A stretch of 64,000 nucleotides of DNA from Paramoeba atlantica (lineage: Eukaryota > Protista > Discosea): the NCBI GenBank assembly GCA_977017575.1, contig CDRNVI010000185.1, forward strand, positions 62,001 to 126,000, in the 5' to 3' direction. Of the stretch, positions 1 to 9,494 are shown one piece after another (position 1 is the first letter of the stretch; each line of letters starts with the position of its first letter). The notes under the pieces are model-generated. The model searched no databases. It saw nothing but the letters and a program-made list of their open reading frames with translations, and had not been told where the DNA came from. Position numbers and translations under genes: made by a program.

Positions 1-2
1 GA

Positions 3-449
3 AACCAATACCTCCCAGGAGAAGCAGCGGAAGAAGAAGATTCTTCCTCCCTATCTTCACCTTCCCTATCTCCTGGATCCTATCCTAAAAAAGACGTGAC
101 CACGAGTGCCTTACTCGAGCGCTGTGGTCTCCCCGATGTTTTGCTCTTCCCGGGCTCTGAGGAGAACGCTTTAAGGGACTCTTCTTCCCCTTCGAGGGCC
201 TCTGCTCTCTCCCCCGAGCGGTTTCTGCATAACCTCTGCGCCACCTTCGCGCGTCACGTCCACCGGGACTGGATGAAGGCGCTGCGGGAGCTCGAGAGCG
301 TGTTCCGGGAGGCGGGGCTGCGGATCCCGGACAGCGCCCGCGCCACGTTCCTGCAGATCAGCGCCAGCTTCTCCAACGAGTCCTACCATCAGAAGAATAT
401 CTTGGATCGGTTTCTGCAAGAGGAAACCGAGGGGAGGGAGAAAAGATGA
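3..449 (+). CDS. 3' end of a hypothetical protein that starts upstream of the window
   Basis: Frame is open from position 3 to the stop at 449; no family recognised. Confidence 0.45.
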   Translation, partial: NQYLPGEAAEEEDSSSLSSPSLSPGSYPKKDVTTSALLERCGLPDVLLFPGSEENALRDSSSPSRASALSPERFLHNLCATFARHVHRDWMKALRELESVFREAGLRIPDSARATFLQISASFSNESYHQKNILDRFLQEETEGREKR

Positions 450-758
450 AGAAAAAGGGGAGGGGGTCTAAAAAATAAGAAGTAATAATTTTTTTTAGTA
501 TAAAGGTTGTAAAAAAAATCGGTAGTGTTTCCTCATGAAAAAGAAAACGCGGACTTTGGTAAACGAAAAGCTCTTGCGCGAAATGAAATGTACGCGACAA
601 TCGGGAGGTATACTTGTGTAGCTACTGTATCATGTGGTACGTACAAAGGTGAAGCCTATTCTTTTAGTATTGATAGTTGGCTTTTTTTGCAAGACTTAGA
701 TAGCCACATACAGAGACACCTTTTGTTTATTCCGATTTCTTTTTGCCACCTGACAAAA

Positions 759-1481
759 ATGTTTGAGTTCTGTGCATTAGCCTGTGCATTACGTGCAGCT
801 GAGGAACAATCTATAAGTCGTCCTTGTGCAGCGAAGGTGAGCTCTATTACCGTGCCGCAAGAGTACGATTTAATAAGACTTATTCAAAATATGCAGGAAA
901 GACCCCCTAGCTGGAACACCGACACACCTGCATGCGAGTGGGAAGGCGTTGAATGCGACGAGAAGAATCAAGTTAAAGAATTCAGTTGGTGTTTTGAAAA
1001 CCTAGGATTCTTAGTTTGGAAATATTTGCCACAGAGTTAAGTTTCTTTTCGCATGCAACATGGCCATCTTCGCGGTGAACTTCCCTTGGAAGTGTTTCCT
1101 CCGAACCTAACGCAAATATATTTGTATGCGAATCAGTTAACCGGTCATCTTGACTTGCTCCAGCTCCCACCCATACTGGAGGTCTTGGATGTCGAAAAAA
1201 ATCATTTCCATGGCACCGTCGATTTCTCATCACTTCCGACAACTTTGGAGGAACTAAAGCTGTCGAGCAACAGCGAACTCGAAGGTGCGTTTGATGTGGA
1301 TATGCACAGCCCTGATTTGTATTACGACTTTCTGCAAACAAACATTACAGTCTCGGACGGATGTCGAATTCGAGAGCTCTACTTTGATGTGGATGAAGAT
1401 GACGTTGATGAGTATGAAGATGAGGACGTTGATGAGGATGAAGATGAAGAGGACATGCATGTACATGATGATTTGGATTAG
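759..1481 (+). pseudogene. LRR protein with a premature stop
   Basis: ORFs 525-1040 and 1053-1481 share a frame. TAA at 1038-1040 replaces the Leu of the paralog at 19457 (WKYLPQS* vs WKYLPPNL). TPACEWEGVEC cap, LxxLxLxxNxLxG repeats, acidic tail. Confidence 0.85.
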
Positions 1482-1571
1482 TCCTGTACGTACTTGATGT
1501 GTGCAATTAGATTGATTGTTCAATTGTATTCGATTGATTGGCTGTGTAAATTGGAGGGGCGGGGGCCTTGT

Positions 1572-1624
1572 TTACTGTTAGATAAATGATTACTGTTAGA
1601 TAAATGATACTGTTAGAGAAATGA
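1572..1624 (+). repeat. 18-bp tandem repeat x3 (ttactgttagataaatga)
   Basis: Two exact copies and one degenerate copy. Confidence 0.9.
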
Positions 1625-1763
1625 TTAGAAAAATACTAATACTTCTCCGAATTTTCCTGTTAAAAGTTGATATTTGAGGGGCTGCGGGTGGCGTCCCGAG
1701 AAACCGCGGTATACGATCGGCCCCCCGAGGCCTGGTCCGATAGTAATGTATACCTAAAAAATC

Positions 1764-1772
1764 TTTGATTTT
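1764..1772 (+). repeat. Left copy of the candidate TSD tttgatttt of the retroelement chain
   Basis: Identical 9-mer at 18705-18713, directly after the last poly(A); the left copy abuts the 5' truncation point of the first element. Confidence 0.65.
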
Positions 1773-3225
1773 GCCATAGGGATCCAGGGGGCAATCGCCA
1801 GAGTGGCGGCCAACTTCACAGGCACGCTGAAGGTCTGGGCGTACCTGGATGACGTCACCTTTGCTGGTGAACCCAAGGTTTGCGCGGAAGCCCTAGAGGC
1901 CCTCCGCGAGGAGCTGAAGCATCTTGGGCTACGGTTAAATACTGCTAAATGCAAAGTAGCTACCAGACGCGAGGACCTCTTCTCCGAGTTCTCCGGATCT
2001 CGCATGGTCCACTCCCCCGGGGGGGTCAAATTACTGGGGGCCTTCATCGGGGTGTCGGAGGCTAGGGAGGAAGAATGGGTGCTTTCCAAGGCCCCCAAGG
2101 TAATCTCCTTCCTGGGGAAACTCAAGGACATTAGCAGGCAATGCGCCTTGCCCCTTTTAAGACTCTGTGGGAGTCCTCGATGGAACTACATCGTAAGGAC
2201 CCACGACCCCCCGGTCACTAAAGTGGCCAATACCCAGGTCGACAAAGCCGTCCTGGCATGTGCTGAGGCCTTGCTCGGGGGGATGGGCTCCTTGGGAAAA
2301 ACGCCGTTCTCCAATAACCTTTTCACGGCAGATTTCCTGGGGACCATCCCCTTCGCGCACAAGGCGGAAGACATGCAGGCCAAGGCGAAGAACGCCCTAC
2401 AGGGCCGACCCCAAGGCATGTCAGCCAAGGAACAGCGGCGCAACCTCTGTGAGGCCGCGTTGGGGAAAGCCCCGACGGCCACCCAACTGGTCTGCATGCG
2501 ACAGACCCAGAACATTCACTCCACTAAGTGGATGAACGCATGGCCCAACAGGCCGGAGTATTACATGCGGGACCCGCAGTGGGAGACTGCGGCCCGTCTC
2601 CGGTACTTGGTCGCCCCCACCTCGGAACCTGAGCTCCAGTGCGTGTGCGGTGCAACCCTCCGCAATGAGGAGTTTTGCGTACACGCACTGGATTGCAAAA
2701 AGGTTAAGGGGAAGACCCAGGCCTCCCGCCACAAGGAGGTCAAGGAAACCTTTCGAAACCTTCTTGTGCAGTATGGTTTCAAACCGGACCTACACGAACC
2801 GAGGTTCGACAATGGACGGGGGCCCGACATATGCTTCCAGCTGGGACGGAAGACTGCCCTAGTTGATGTCACCGTGGTGAACCCATTGGCCCCGTCCTAC
2901 GTGGAGAAGGAGGCCGCAGAGCCCTCTCATACCCTGAGGATGGCAGAGGCCAACAAGCGGCGCTCACACGATGAGATGGCGACCGCCCGAGGGATGGAAT
3001 TTTACCCCTTGGCATTCACCACGTATGGGATCCCGGGCCCAGAGACTTTGAACTTCCTAACCAAGGTGGCCCGGGCTCACTCATCCGACAAGAACGGATG
3101 CATGTCCCACCTTCTGATGGCCATAGGGGTGGCCATCCAGAAAGGTAATGCCCAGATTGTACAGGCGGCAGTACAGGACTGGTACCGCCGCGGGGTACGA
3201 GGCTAGCTGGGCGATGGGATTAGGG

Positions 3226-3259
<34 letters not shown>
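1773..3259 (+). mobile_element. 5'-truncated CRE-clade non-LTR retrotransposon, family B
   Basis: RT C-terminal part (AYLDDVT), CCHC knuckle (CVC...HALDC), RLE motif (GPDICF..LVDVT), very short 3' UTR, A34 tail at 3226-3259. Confidence 0.9.
1803..3206 (+). CDS. RT-RLE polyprotein, C-terminal part (family B)
   Basis: 467-aa ORF with YLDD and a PD-(D/E)xK-type endonuclease motif. Confidence 0.88.
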   Translation: MAANFTGTLKVWAYLDDVTFAGEPKVCAEALEALREELKHLGLRLNTAKCKVATRREDLFSEFSGSRMVHSPGGVKLLGAFIGVSEAREEEWVLSKAPKVISFLGKLKDISRQCALPLLRLCGSPRWNYIVRTHDPPVTKVANTQVDKAVLACAEALLGGMGSLGKTPFSNNLFTADFLGTIPFAHKAEDMQAKAKNALQGRPQGMSAKEQRRNLCEAALGKAPTATQLVCMRQTQNIHSTKWMNAWPNRPEYYMRDPQWETAARLRYLVAPTSEPELQCVCGATLRNEEFCVHALDCKKVKGKTQASRHKEVKETFRNLLVQYGFKPDLHEPRFDNGRGPDICFQLGRKTALVDVTVVNPLAPSYVEKEAAEPSHTLRMAEANKRRSHDEMATARGMEFYPLAFTTYGIPGPETLNFLTKVARAHSSDKNGCMSHLLMAIGVAIQKGNAQIVQAAVQDWYRRGVRG

Positions 3260-3262
<3 letters not shown>

Positions 3263-3381
3263 GTATACCCCCCCCCAATGGACCTACTTGGTTCGTCTAC
3301 TGGGTCAAAATATAGAGGCAATGCCGCGTTTCATACTTCTCCCCCCTTATTAATCGCAAAAAAAAAAAAAAAAAAAAAAAA
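3260..3381 (+). mobile_element. 98-nt 3'-terminal fragment (tail C) plus A24
   Basis: Near-identical to about 13225-13318, 13604-13701 and 18591-18687. Confidence 0.85.
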
Positions 3382-3964
3382 CTCCTTTCACGAGACCAAG
3401 CGCGAAACGATCTCCTAACAGATCTGAACGTGACGCTAATGCGTTCTCAAGCCAGGATGATGGTTTCGCGCATCCGCGTAGAGGACCCAGCGGATCCTTT
3501 GGTAGAGGCTTAAGCCTCTACTGACAGTCCAGTTTCAGCACGAAGACGCCATAATATCCAGGACGGGTGCTGGCCGGGTCGACAGAGTCTATGCTCACGC
3601 CTAGCCCGCGAGGGCTAGGTACCCCAAGTGAGGTAGTACACGGGTAGTGAATCTCCTCCCCGTCGGCCAGCATCCTGTTTCGCGACCGTGTCGCTGTCGA
3701 CACAGGCCCGCGCCTGCGCCCTCCCGTATAACAAGGGAAGGGTCCACAAGTCAGGCCGTGGAGAGGTCGAAAGACCCGGTCCGGAACGCGCGAATGGTTG
3801 AGGAGCCGCCTGCAGGCCGGGTGAGGCGAAGCTGAGGGAGACCTTACCCCCCTGAAAAGTTGAAAAGTTGGGTAGGGGAAAGCAGGAAAGTAGGGAGAAA
3901 GGTGGGAAAAGTATGTCAAGAGGTGAGAAAGAGGAGAAAGAGAGAGAAAAATTTTCTTTATTTG

Positions 3965-3995
<31 letters not shown>
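3382..3995 (+). mobile_element. Heavily 5'-truncated family-A element (variant A4) plus A28
   Basis: Translates to LLSRDQARNDLLTDLNVTLMRSQARMMVSRIRVEDPADPLVEA*, homologous to the A1/A2/A3 C-termini; followed by the structured 3' UTR module. Confidence 0.88.
3566..3797 (+). ncRNA. Structured 3'-UTR RNA module, copy 1
   Basis: Conserved across copies with compensatory changes; GCGA and GAAA tetraloop hairpins. Confidence 0.75.
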
Positions 3996-4011
3996 CGATA
4001 AAGATTTAAAA

Positions 4012-4046
4012 TTTAACGATAAAGATACAGTTTCTGTACCTTGTTG
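4012..4046 (+). ncRNA. Spliced-leader exon sequence at the 5' end of element A1
   Basis: tttaacgataaagatacagtttctgtaccttgttg contains the kinetoplastid SL core GATACAGTTTCTGTAC and terminal TTG; it is not followed by GT. Confidence 0.88.
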
Positions 4047-4087
4047 AAATTTTTTTACGCAGTATTCTCTCGGGGCCCAGCTCTTTT

Positions 4088-7000
4088 ATGACGCAAACCA
4101 ATACTCCTCAGAGCCCCGCACGCTCGAACGAGGACCACCCCTCATCCCATATGAGTGCAAAGGAAGGAACTCTCAGCGTAGGCGCTCTCGCCGACGAAGA
4201 ACGTGCCCACTCCCTCGGCAGTTGGGACCAATTCCAAGGAAACAAGCATTTGATTCGCGCTGTCAGCACATACGACGAACAACTCTACACTACACCAATC
4301 CCGGAGAATATTCCTAAGGAATGGTTGGAACGCGCACGTCACATCTCCCAGGAAAAGGAAACCCCAGACACGGGCCACGTAGAGGCCGAAGACGAGGAGA
4401 TGCAGCACTGTGGAGTGAGAAGGCAGAAAATTACTCACGAGGCTACACCCACATCAAAGATCCCCGATGAAACTCGGACGCTCAAATCCGCAGTGAAGGA
4501 TGCTCTTTCCCACCAAGGTCGAAACACTTCCCCATCGAAAGGAGTGACCAAAGCGGACTCGCGCTCGTCAAGGCGAACACCGGAGCCCCGGACATATTTC
4601 TCTTCACCGCGACACGCCGCAAACCAAAATAACTTCGCTGAAAAGACACAAACAAGAGAAGAGACTCGGGAATGTCCGGCCATGGGATGCACTTGGAGAA
4701 GTCTGCCGCACGGAGGGTCTTGGCAAGCGTTTTATAACCACGTCGCGTGTCGCCACGGAAACGGAGTTCCCGCTACCTGGTGGGATGCAGAAGGCCGATT
4801 TCTTTGCAACTTATGCGGGCGCCATTATGACATCAACAAAAGGGAAGCTCATCCACAAGCCTGCAAAGGGAACGTTGCGAACCCCCAAATCCCATCGCGC
4901 GCAGCACACTCGAGCGTCCCAAGCCACCTTCCGGGGACTCAAACTCATCACTCTGAACTTCCCTCGCTATCCTCTATCTGCACGCTGCGCCTGAACACTT
5001 GCAAGGACGTACCTCCACGTTGCCGTCAACTGTGGGGAGAAATTATCACCAAAGCAGCCCAAAACGCAGTCACCGAAAACTCTACAGCCGCGTGGACCCT
5101 ATTCGCCATGCTCCCCAAGTGCTTACTACCCGCCCCACACCGAGGAGGACGTAAGAACCACACAACTTACGCATCATACGTCCAGAAGTGCATGAACCGA
5201 TGGCTCGCGCAAGATTATGTCTCCCTATGGAATGAAGCAGTAGACAACGCACTCAAGAAACAATCTGTAGCCCCTACAACCGTTCACGACGAAGAGGAAA
5301 AGGCAGCTATCCGAGCAGAGCTTCTAGCTCGACAAGGCGAGTACTCTAGGGGTATGGCTGCACTCACGGCGGATGCTATGGCCCCTGACGACGAAGATAC
5401 ACTCCTCAAACTTCAGAGCAAGCACCCGCCCCGACATCCAGACAGTGACATCATCGACTATACGCCTCCGCCCACAGCGCCCCTAATAATGGATGAACGC
5501 GTGGTAGCGAAAACTATCAAGAGCTTTCACCGGGGATCCTCGTCCGGAACCATGGGTTTACGACCCGAGCACTTGCAAGCTGTACTCCTGGCGCACGTAG
5601 ATAACACCGTGAAACCCCTTACTGCCCTTAAAAACCTCGTGAATCATCTACTAGCCGGGAAAGCACCCCTAGAGGTACAACCATATTTTGCGGGAGCCAG
5701 ACTTTGCGCGCTTAAAAAGGGCGAAAATGACGTCCGCCCCATAGCAGCGGGAGAAACGATACGTCGATTGGTAAGCAAAGCGGCTTGCAATGCAGTGAGG
5801 AGCAAAGCCAGGGAATTTTTTAAGGGACTACAGTTCGGCGTCGCGACACCGGCCGGTTCGGAACGAATAATTCACACTTGCCGGCACGCAATGACAATTC
5901 ATACGGACAACCCCGACATGGTATTATGTAAAGTCGACCTAAGCAACGCATTCAACAACGTTAGCAGAGCAACTTTCTTGAAACTTGTAGGCGATCATTT
6001 TCCGGAATTGTTCCCCTGGGCTAGCTGGTGCTATACGACAACTAGTGCTTTGACCTATCGTTACCACACACTCCTTTCGGATGAAGGCGTCCAACAGGGC
6101 GATCCCCTGGGACCACTTTTCTTTTCACTGGTCTCCTTGGAACTTGCAAAAGAAATCTATCACCAGGCCGACCTGGACTTGCAGCTATGGTACCTAGACG
6201 ACGGGATTCTCATTGGCAGGGCAGAAGACGTCAGGAATTCGTTGGATACAATCGCCAGAGTAGGTCCGCGATGGGGCCTATATCTGAACATGTCCAAGTG
6301 CGAAATAATCACCCCCCCTGCCTCGGCTAACGTTGTAACCATATTTCCGGACATACCCGACGCCAAAATAAACGTGTGCGGTAACTTTAGTGTCCTAGGA
6401 AGCCCAATTGGGTCCCCTGAGTACTGTACTGAATATCTGCTGACACACGCGGTTGAGCCCGCCGAAATGGCCCTTGATGCCATAACCAGAATCCGGGACC
6501 CCCAGGTAGCCATGGCGCTAATTCGACAATGTGCTGGATTCTGCAAATTGGTACATGCTCTACGAACGACGCCCCCGCAATCAGTTATGAACCTCTGCAA
6601 GCGGCTCGACGACTTCCTAATGCACGCGGTCGAATCCACTCTATGTCCTTTGCCTCCCTCCGCACGCGCCCAAATTCAGCGCTTGAAAAGACACGGAGGT
6701 TTCGGTTTAAAATCGTCGACCGTGCACGCATCCTCCGCTTACGCCTCCTCTGTAGTTTTCGCGGCGGCCACGGACTCATGGGATGCTTCAGAAGTGGAGG
6801 GCTTTCTACAATCGATTGAAGACGTGAACTCGAAAGTTGGTATCAGTCTACTCGACTCAAACGGACTCGTGCGTTCCATCCCGCGCCATAAATGTGAAGA
6901 ACTCTCCCCCAAAGCTCGCTTCACCAAGAGATCTCGCGAGGGAGAAACCAGACATCCCTTTGAACCCGCAAATCCGCCTTCCCTTCCTCGTGACCGCGCA

Positions 7001-7954
7001 TTGCCTCATTCCGAAGACTTTCCACACGATACAAACCCCCTTTACGCATCCGAAGATTGCGTTGACGCGGATCCACCCGACTGGGCAAGTAATAGCGTCC
7101 CCCGCCAAAAAGACATAAGTTACGCGATCTCTGCCACAGAGTTCTCGCACGCATATGAAAACGCCGACGCCCGGACTCGCGCACGCTGGGCTTCTCAGTG
7201 TGGTAAAGGAGCAAGCAGCTGGGCGTTCGTAACTCCTTCCAGAGACACGGGCCACGCCTTTAACCCCACAGAATTCCGCATCCTATCCAGCTGGTGGTTA
7301 GGTGTGCCCGTGTACGGGGAAGAAGGTACATGTCCCAAGGGGAACTGCACACTCCCATTGGACATACACGGCGATCACGCTCTCACATGCAAGCACGGGG
7401 ACGGTATCATCGGCCGTCACAACGCCTTGGCCGATCACTTTGCCGATACTTGCAGTAACGCACGCCTAGCTCCCCAACGGGAAAAAAGCCTCGGGAACCG
7501 GGGCCCCGGAGGCGCTCTGACTAGACCCGGGGACGTCTTCCTTCCGAGTCTCTTCCTCGGGAAACCTATCGTGCTTGACTTCGCGGTCACTCACGCCCAG
7601 CAATCTAAATACACGGACACAGTCCGAAATGCTAGCTGGGTGGCCGCGGGGTCCTTCGCAGAGCATTATGCCTCAGAGCAGAAAGTCCGACAACGCCGTG
7701 AATCTGAAGATGCCGGAAGCGATTTCACAGCTATGGTGGTCGAGAGCTATGGCTCTTGGAGTGCCAGTGCTTTAGCCGTTCTCCGGAAGGTTGGAGAACG
7801 AAGGGCAAAAGCGTCCAACGGTATCTTGACAGACGAGGCCTCTACGCTCCGTCTCGTGACCGACATGAACGTAACATTGATGCGTTGCCAGGCACGCATG
7901 ATGATTACGCGCCTGCCGGCTGTGGACCCCTTGCCCCCTTTAATCGAGCAATAG
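4088..7954 (+). CDS. 1288-aa LsmAD-ZnF-RT-CCHC-RLE polyprotein
   Basis: N-terminal C2H2 and CCHC fingers; RT motifs (VRPIAAGE, VDLSNAFN, GVQQGDPLGP, WYLDDG); HALTC/RHN knuckle; RPGDVF..LDFAVT endonuclease. Confidence 0.95.
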   Translation: MTQTNTPQSPARSNEDHPSSHMSAKEGTLSVGALADEERAHSLGSWDQFQGNKHLIRAVSTYDEQLYTTPIPENIPKEWLERARHISQEKETPDTGHVEAEDEEMQHCGVRRQKITHEATPTSKIPDETRTLKSAVKDALSHQGRNTSPSKGVTKADSRSSRRTPEPRTYFSSPRHAANQNNFAEKTQTREETRECPAMGCTWRSLPHGGSWQAFYNHVACRHGNGVPATWWDAEGRFLCNLCGRHYDINKREAHPQACKGNVANPQIPSRAAHSSVPSHLPGTQTHHSELPSLSSICTLRLNTCKDVPPRCRQLWGEIITKAAQNAVTENSTAAWTLFAMLPKCLLPAPHRGGRKNHTTYASYVQKCMNRWLAQDYVSLWNEAVDNALKKQSVAPTTVHDEEEKAAIRAELLARQGEYSRGMAALTADAMAPDDEDTLLKLQSKHPPRHPDSDIIDYTPPPTAPLIMDERVVAKTIKSFHRGSSSGTMGLRPEHLQAVLLAHVDNTVKPLTALKNLVNHLLAGKAPLEVQPYFAGARLCALKKGENDVRPIAAGETIRRLVSKAACNAVRSKAREFFKGLQFGVATPAGSERIIHTCRHAMTIHTDNPDMVLCKVDLSNAFNNVSRATFLKLVGDHFPELFPWASWCYTTTSALTYRYHTLLSDEGVQQGDPLGPLFFSLVSLELAKEIYHQADLDLQLWYLDDGILIGRAEDVRNSLDTIARVGPRWGLYLNMSKCEIITPPASANVVTIFPDIPDAKINVCGNFSVLGSPIGSPEYCTEYLLTHAVEPAEMALDAITRIRDPQVAMALIRQCAGFCKLVHALRTTPPQSVMNLCKRLDDFLMHAVESTLCPLPPSARAQIQRLKRHGGFGLKSSTVHASSAYASSVVFAAATDSWDASEVEGFLQSIEDVNSKVGISLLDSNGLVRSIPRHKCEELSPKARFTKRSREGETRHPFEPANPPSLPRDRALPHSEDFPHDTNPLYASEDCVDADPPDWASNSVPRQKDISYAISATEFSHAYENADARTRARWASQCGKGASSWAFVTPSRDTGHAFNPTEFRILSSWWLGVPVYGEEGTCPKGNCTLPLDIHGDHALTCKHGDGIIGRHNALADHFADTCSNARLAPQREKSLGNRGPGGALTRPGDVFLPSLFLGKPIVLDFAVTHAQQSKYTDTVRNASWVAAGSFAEHYASEQKVRQRRESEDAGSDFTAMVVESYGSWSASALAVLRKVGERRAKASNGILTDEASTLRLVTDMNVTLMRCQARMMITRLPAVDPLPPLIEQ
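4217..4423 (+). other. Ataxin-2/Pbp1-like LsmAD domain inside the A1 ORF (aa ~44-112)
   Basis: WDQFQGNKHLIRAVSTYDEQLYTTPI...ARHISQE...H...DEEMQHCGVRR against the recalled LsmAD pattern WDQF..N..lFgv.StydE.lYTt.l...riA.Eie...H...DEEdkySgV.R. Confidence 0.8.
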
Positions 7955-8010
7955 CACGATGACGGATGTGCAAGATGGGCCGCTCAGCCGGAACTCGAAC
8001 AGCTGGTCCG

Positions 8011-8247
8011 GATGCTGGTCGATGCCGGCAGGGTCTATGCTCACGCCTAGTCCGCCAGGGCTAGGTACTCCAAGTGAGGTAGGACATGGGTAGGGAACTT
8101 TGTTCCTCCCCGTCGGCCAGCATCATGCTCCGCGACCGTGCCGCTGTCGGCACAGGCCCATTGCTTGCGCCCTCTCGTACAACAAGAGAAGGGTTAACAA
8201 GGTAAGCTGGGAGAGGTCGAAAGACCCGGTCCGGAACGCGCGAATGG
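8011..8247 (+). ncRNA. Structured 3'-UTR RNA module, divergent copy 2 (A1)
   Basis: Shows compensatory pairs relative to the other copies. Confidence 0.75.
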
Positions 8248-8510
8248 TTCGGGAAAAGTCTGCCCCTCCTAACCGAGGGAGACCTTACCCTCCCTGGAAA
8301 GCTGGTAAGATTGGTAAGGGGAAGTGGGTAAGATGGGAAAGCATGTATTTGCTAGTTATATATTTTGCTGGTTTTCAAAATGGGGGGAAGTGAGGGAAAG
8401 AAGTTGAGCAAGTAGGAAAGTAAGTGAGAAAGTCATACCGTACATACATATATAAAATTAGAACTCGTACTCTTCCCCCCCTATTATCTGCAAAAAAAAA
8501 AAAAAAAAAA

Positions 8511-8629
8511 TAGATGGTTTCTTTGAGGGGTGGAGATAAGGGAGAGAAGCGGGCGAAGTTGATAAGGGCGAAGTAAAGTAAGTAGGAAAGTAAGTAAGAA
8601 AGTGATACCAAAAAAAAAAAAAAAAAAAA
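8511..8629 (+). mobile_element. Purine-rich RNA 3'-end fragment (tail D) plus A20
   Basis: Core is identical to 9398-9457; lies between two poly(A) tracts. Confidence 0.7.
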
Positions 8630-9315
8630 TCTTTAACGATAAAGATACAGTTTCTGTACCTTGTTGAATTATTTCCCCTTTTCTTCCATACACCATCTTC
8701 CAGACCATGGGAGGGCACCCCCCTCAAATACACTCCTTTTTGTCGGCATCCCCCTTCCCCGTCTCGTCCCATCACCCCCCTGCGCCGCATCCCCCCACAT
8801 CACCCTCCCTCCGCAGTGCGCTTGCCCCCCTGTTGTGTTTCTCTCTCGCGTCCCCCACCCCCGTGTCAGCAGCCAAAAGTATACAATACTTGCTCACGGG
8901 GTGGGGGCAGAGTTCCTGGCAGATGGGCCCGTGCTTCGCCTCCTCTCGCCCCTGCGTCAGTCCCCCCGTGTCTCTCTCCGCGCTCTTCTCCCTCGGCGTG
9001 ACGACGTCTTTGTGTTTCGTGGCCTCCACGTCTCCCACCCTCGTACGGCAACCAAAAGTATTTATTACTGCTAACGGGGTGGGAGCGGAGGTGCAGGACC
9101 ATACGGGCCTGGGTGCATGCGGATCGGTGAGTGGGGTAGGGAGTGAGGGAAGGGAAGTACGAGAGGGCTAAGAGGAGTAGGTGTGGAAAGTATGGGGAGT
9201 AAGGGAAAGCGAAGGGCCGTAAGTGTGGAAATTGTGGAAAAGTTGGACTCCATACATAAAAAGTTAGACTCAATACTATTCCCCCCAATTATTTGCAAAA
9301 AAAAAAAAAAAAAAA
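8630..9315 (+). mobile_element. SL-capped, polyadenylated non-autonomous retro-copy (~690 nt)
   Basis: SL exon 8632-8666, no RT coding, internal ~42-nt imperfect direct repeat (8870-8912 / 9049-9090), CCCCCC-AATTATTTGC-A19 end. Confidence 0.8.
8632..8666 (+). ncRNA. Spliced-leader exon sequence, second copy
   Basis: Identical 35-mer to 4012-4046; followed by AATT, not GT. Confidence 0.88.
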
Positions 9316-9458
9316 GGGCAAAGTTTGGAAGGCGCGGATGGATGCTCGGGGGGGGGGAAGTGAGGGAAAGAAGCGGGTGAAGTCGGAAAGTCGCGGATGG
9401 TTTCTTTGAGGGGTGGAGATAAGGGAGAGAAGCGGGCGAAGTTGATAAGGGCGAAGTA

Positions 9459-9490
<32 letters not shown>

Positions 9491-9494
9491 AAAA
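9316..9494 (+). mobile_element. Longer tail-D fragment plus poly(A)
   Basis: Shares its core with 8513-8574 but uses an earlier poly(A) site. Confidence 0.7.

Larger units (their letters stand above)
3994..8510 (+). mobile_element. Full-length CRE/SLACS-clade retrotransposon A1
   Basis: SL, 41-nt 5' UTR, single ORF, structured 3' UTR, A19 tail at 8492-8510. Confidence 0.93.

Noticed and set aside
3776-3786. SRP/4.5S-like GGUCCGGAA in the module
   Set aside because: Flanking helix-8 motif residues are absent.
3566-3797. HDV-like or hammerhead ribozyme assignment for the 3'-UTR module
   Set aside because: It ends in GCGAAUGG and has crossing helices, but I could not place P3/L3 and P1.1 in HDV order, and there is no CUGAnGA core on either strand. 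Left unassigned.
9088-9125. 5S rRNA-like 5' fragment (ggaccatacgggcctgggtgcatgcggatc)
   Set aside because: Only ~35 nt of loose similarity, with no box C or 3' half.
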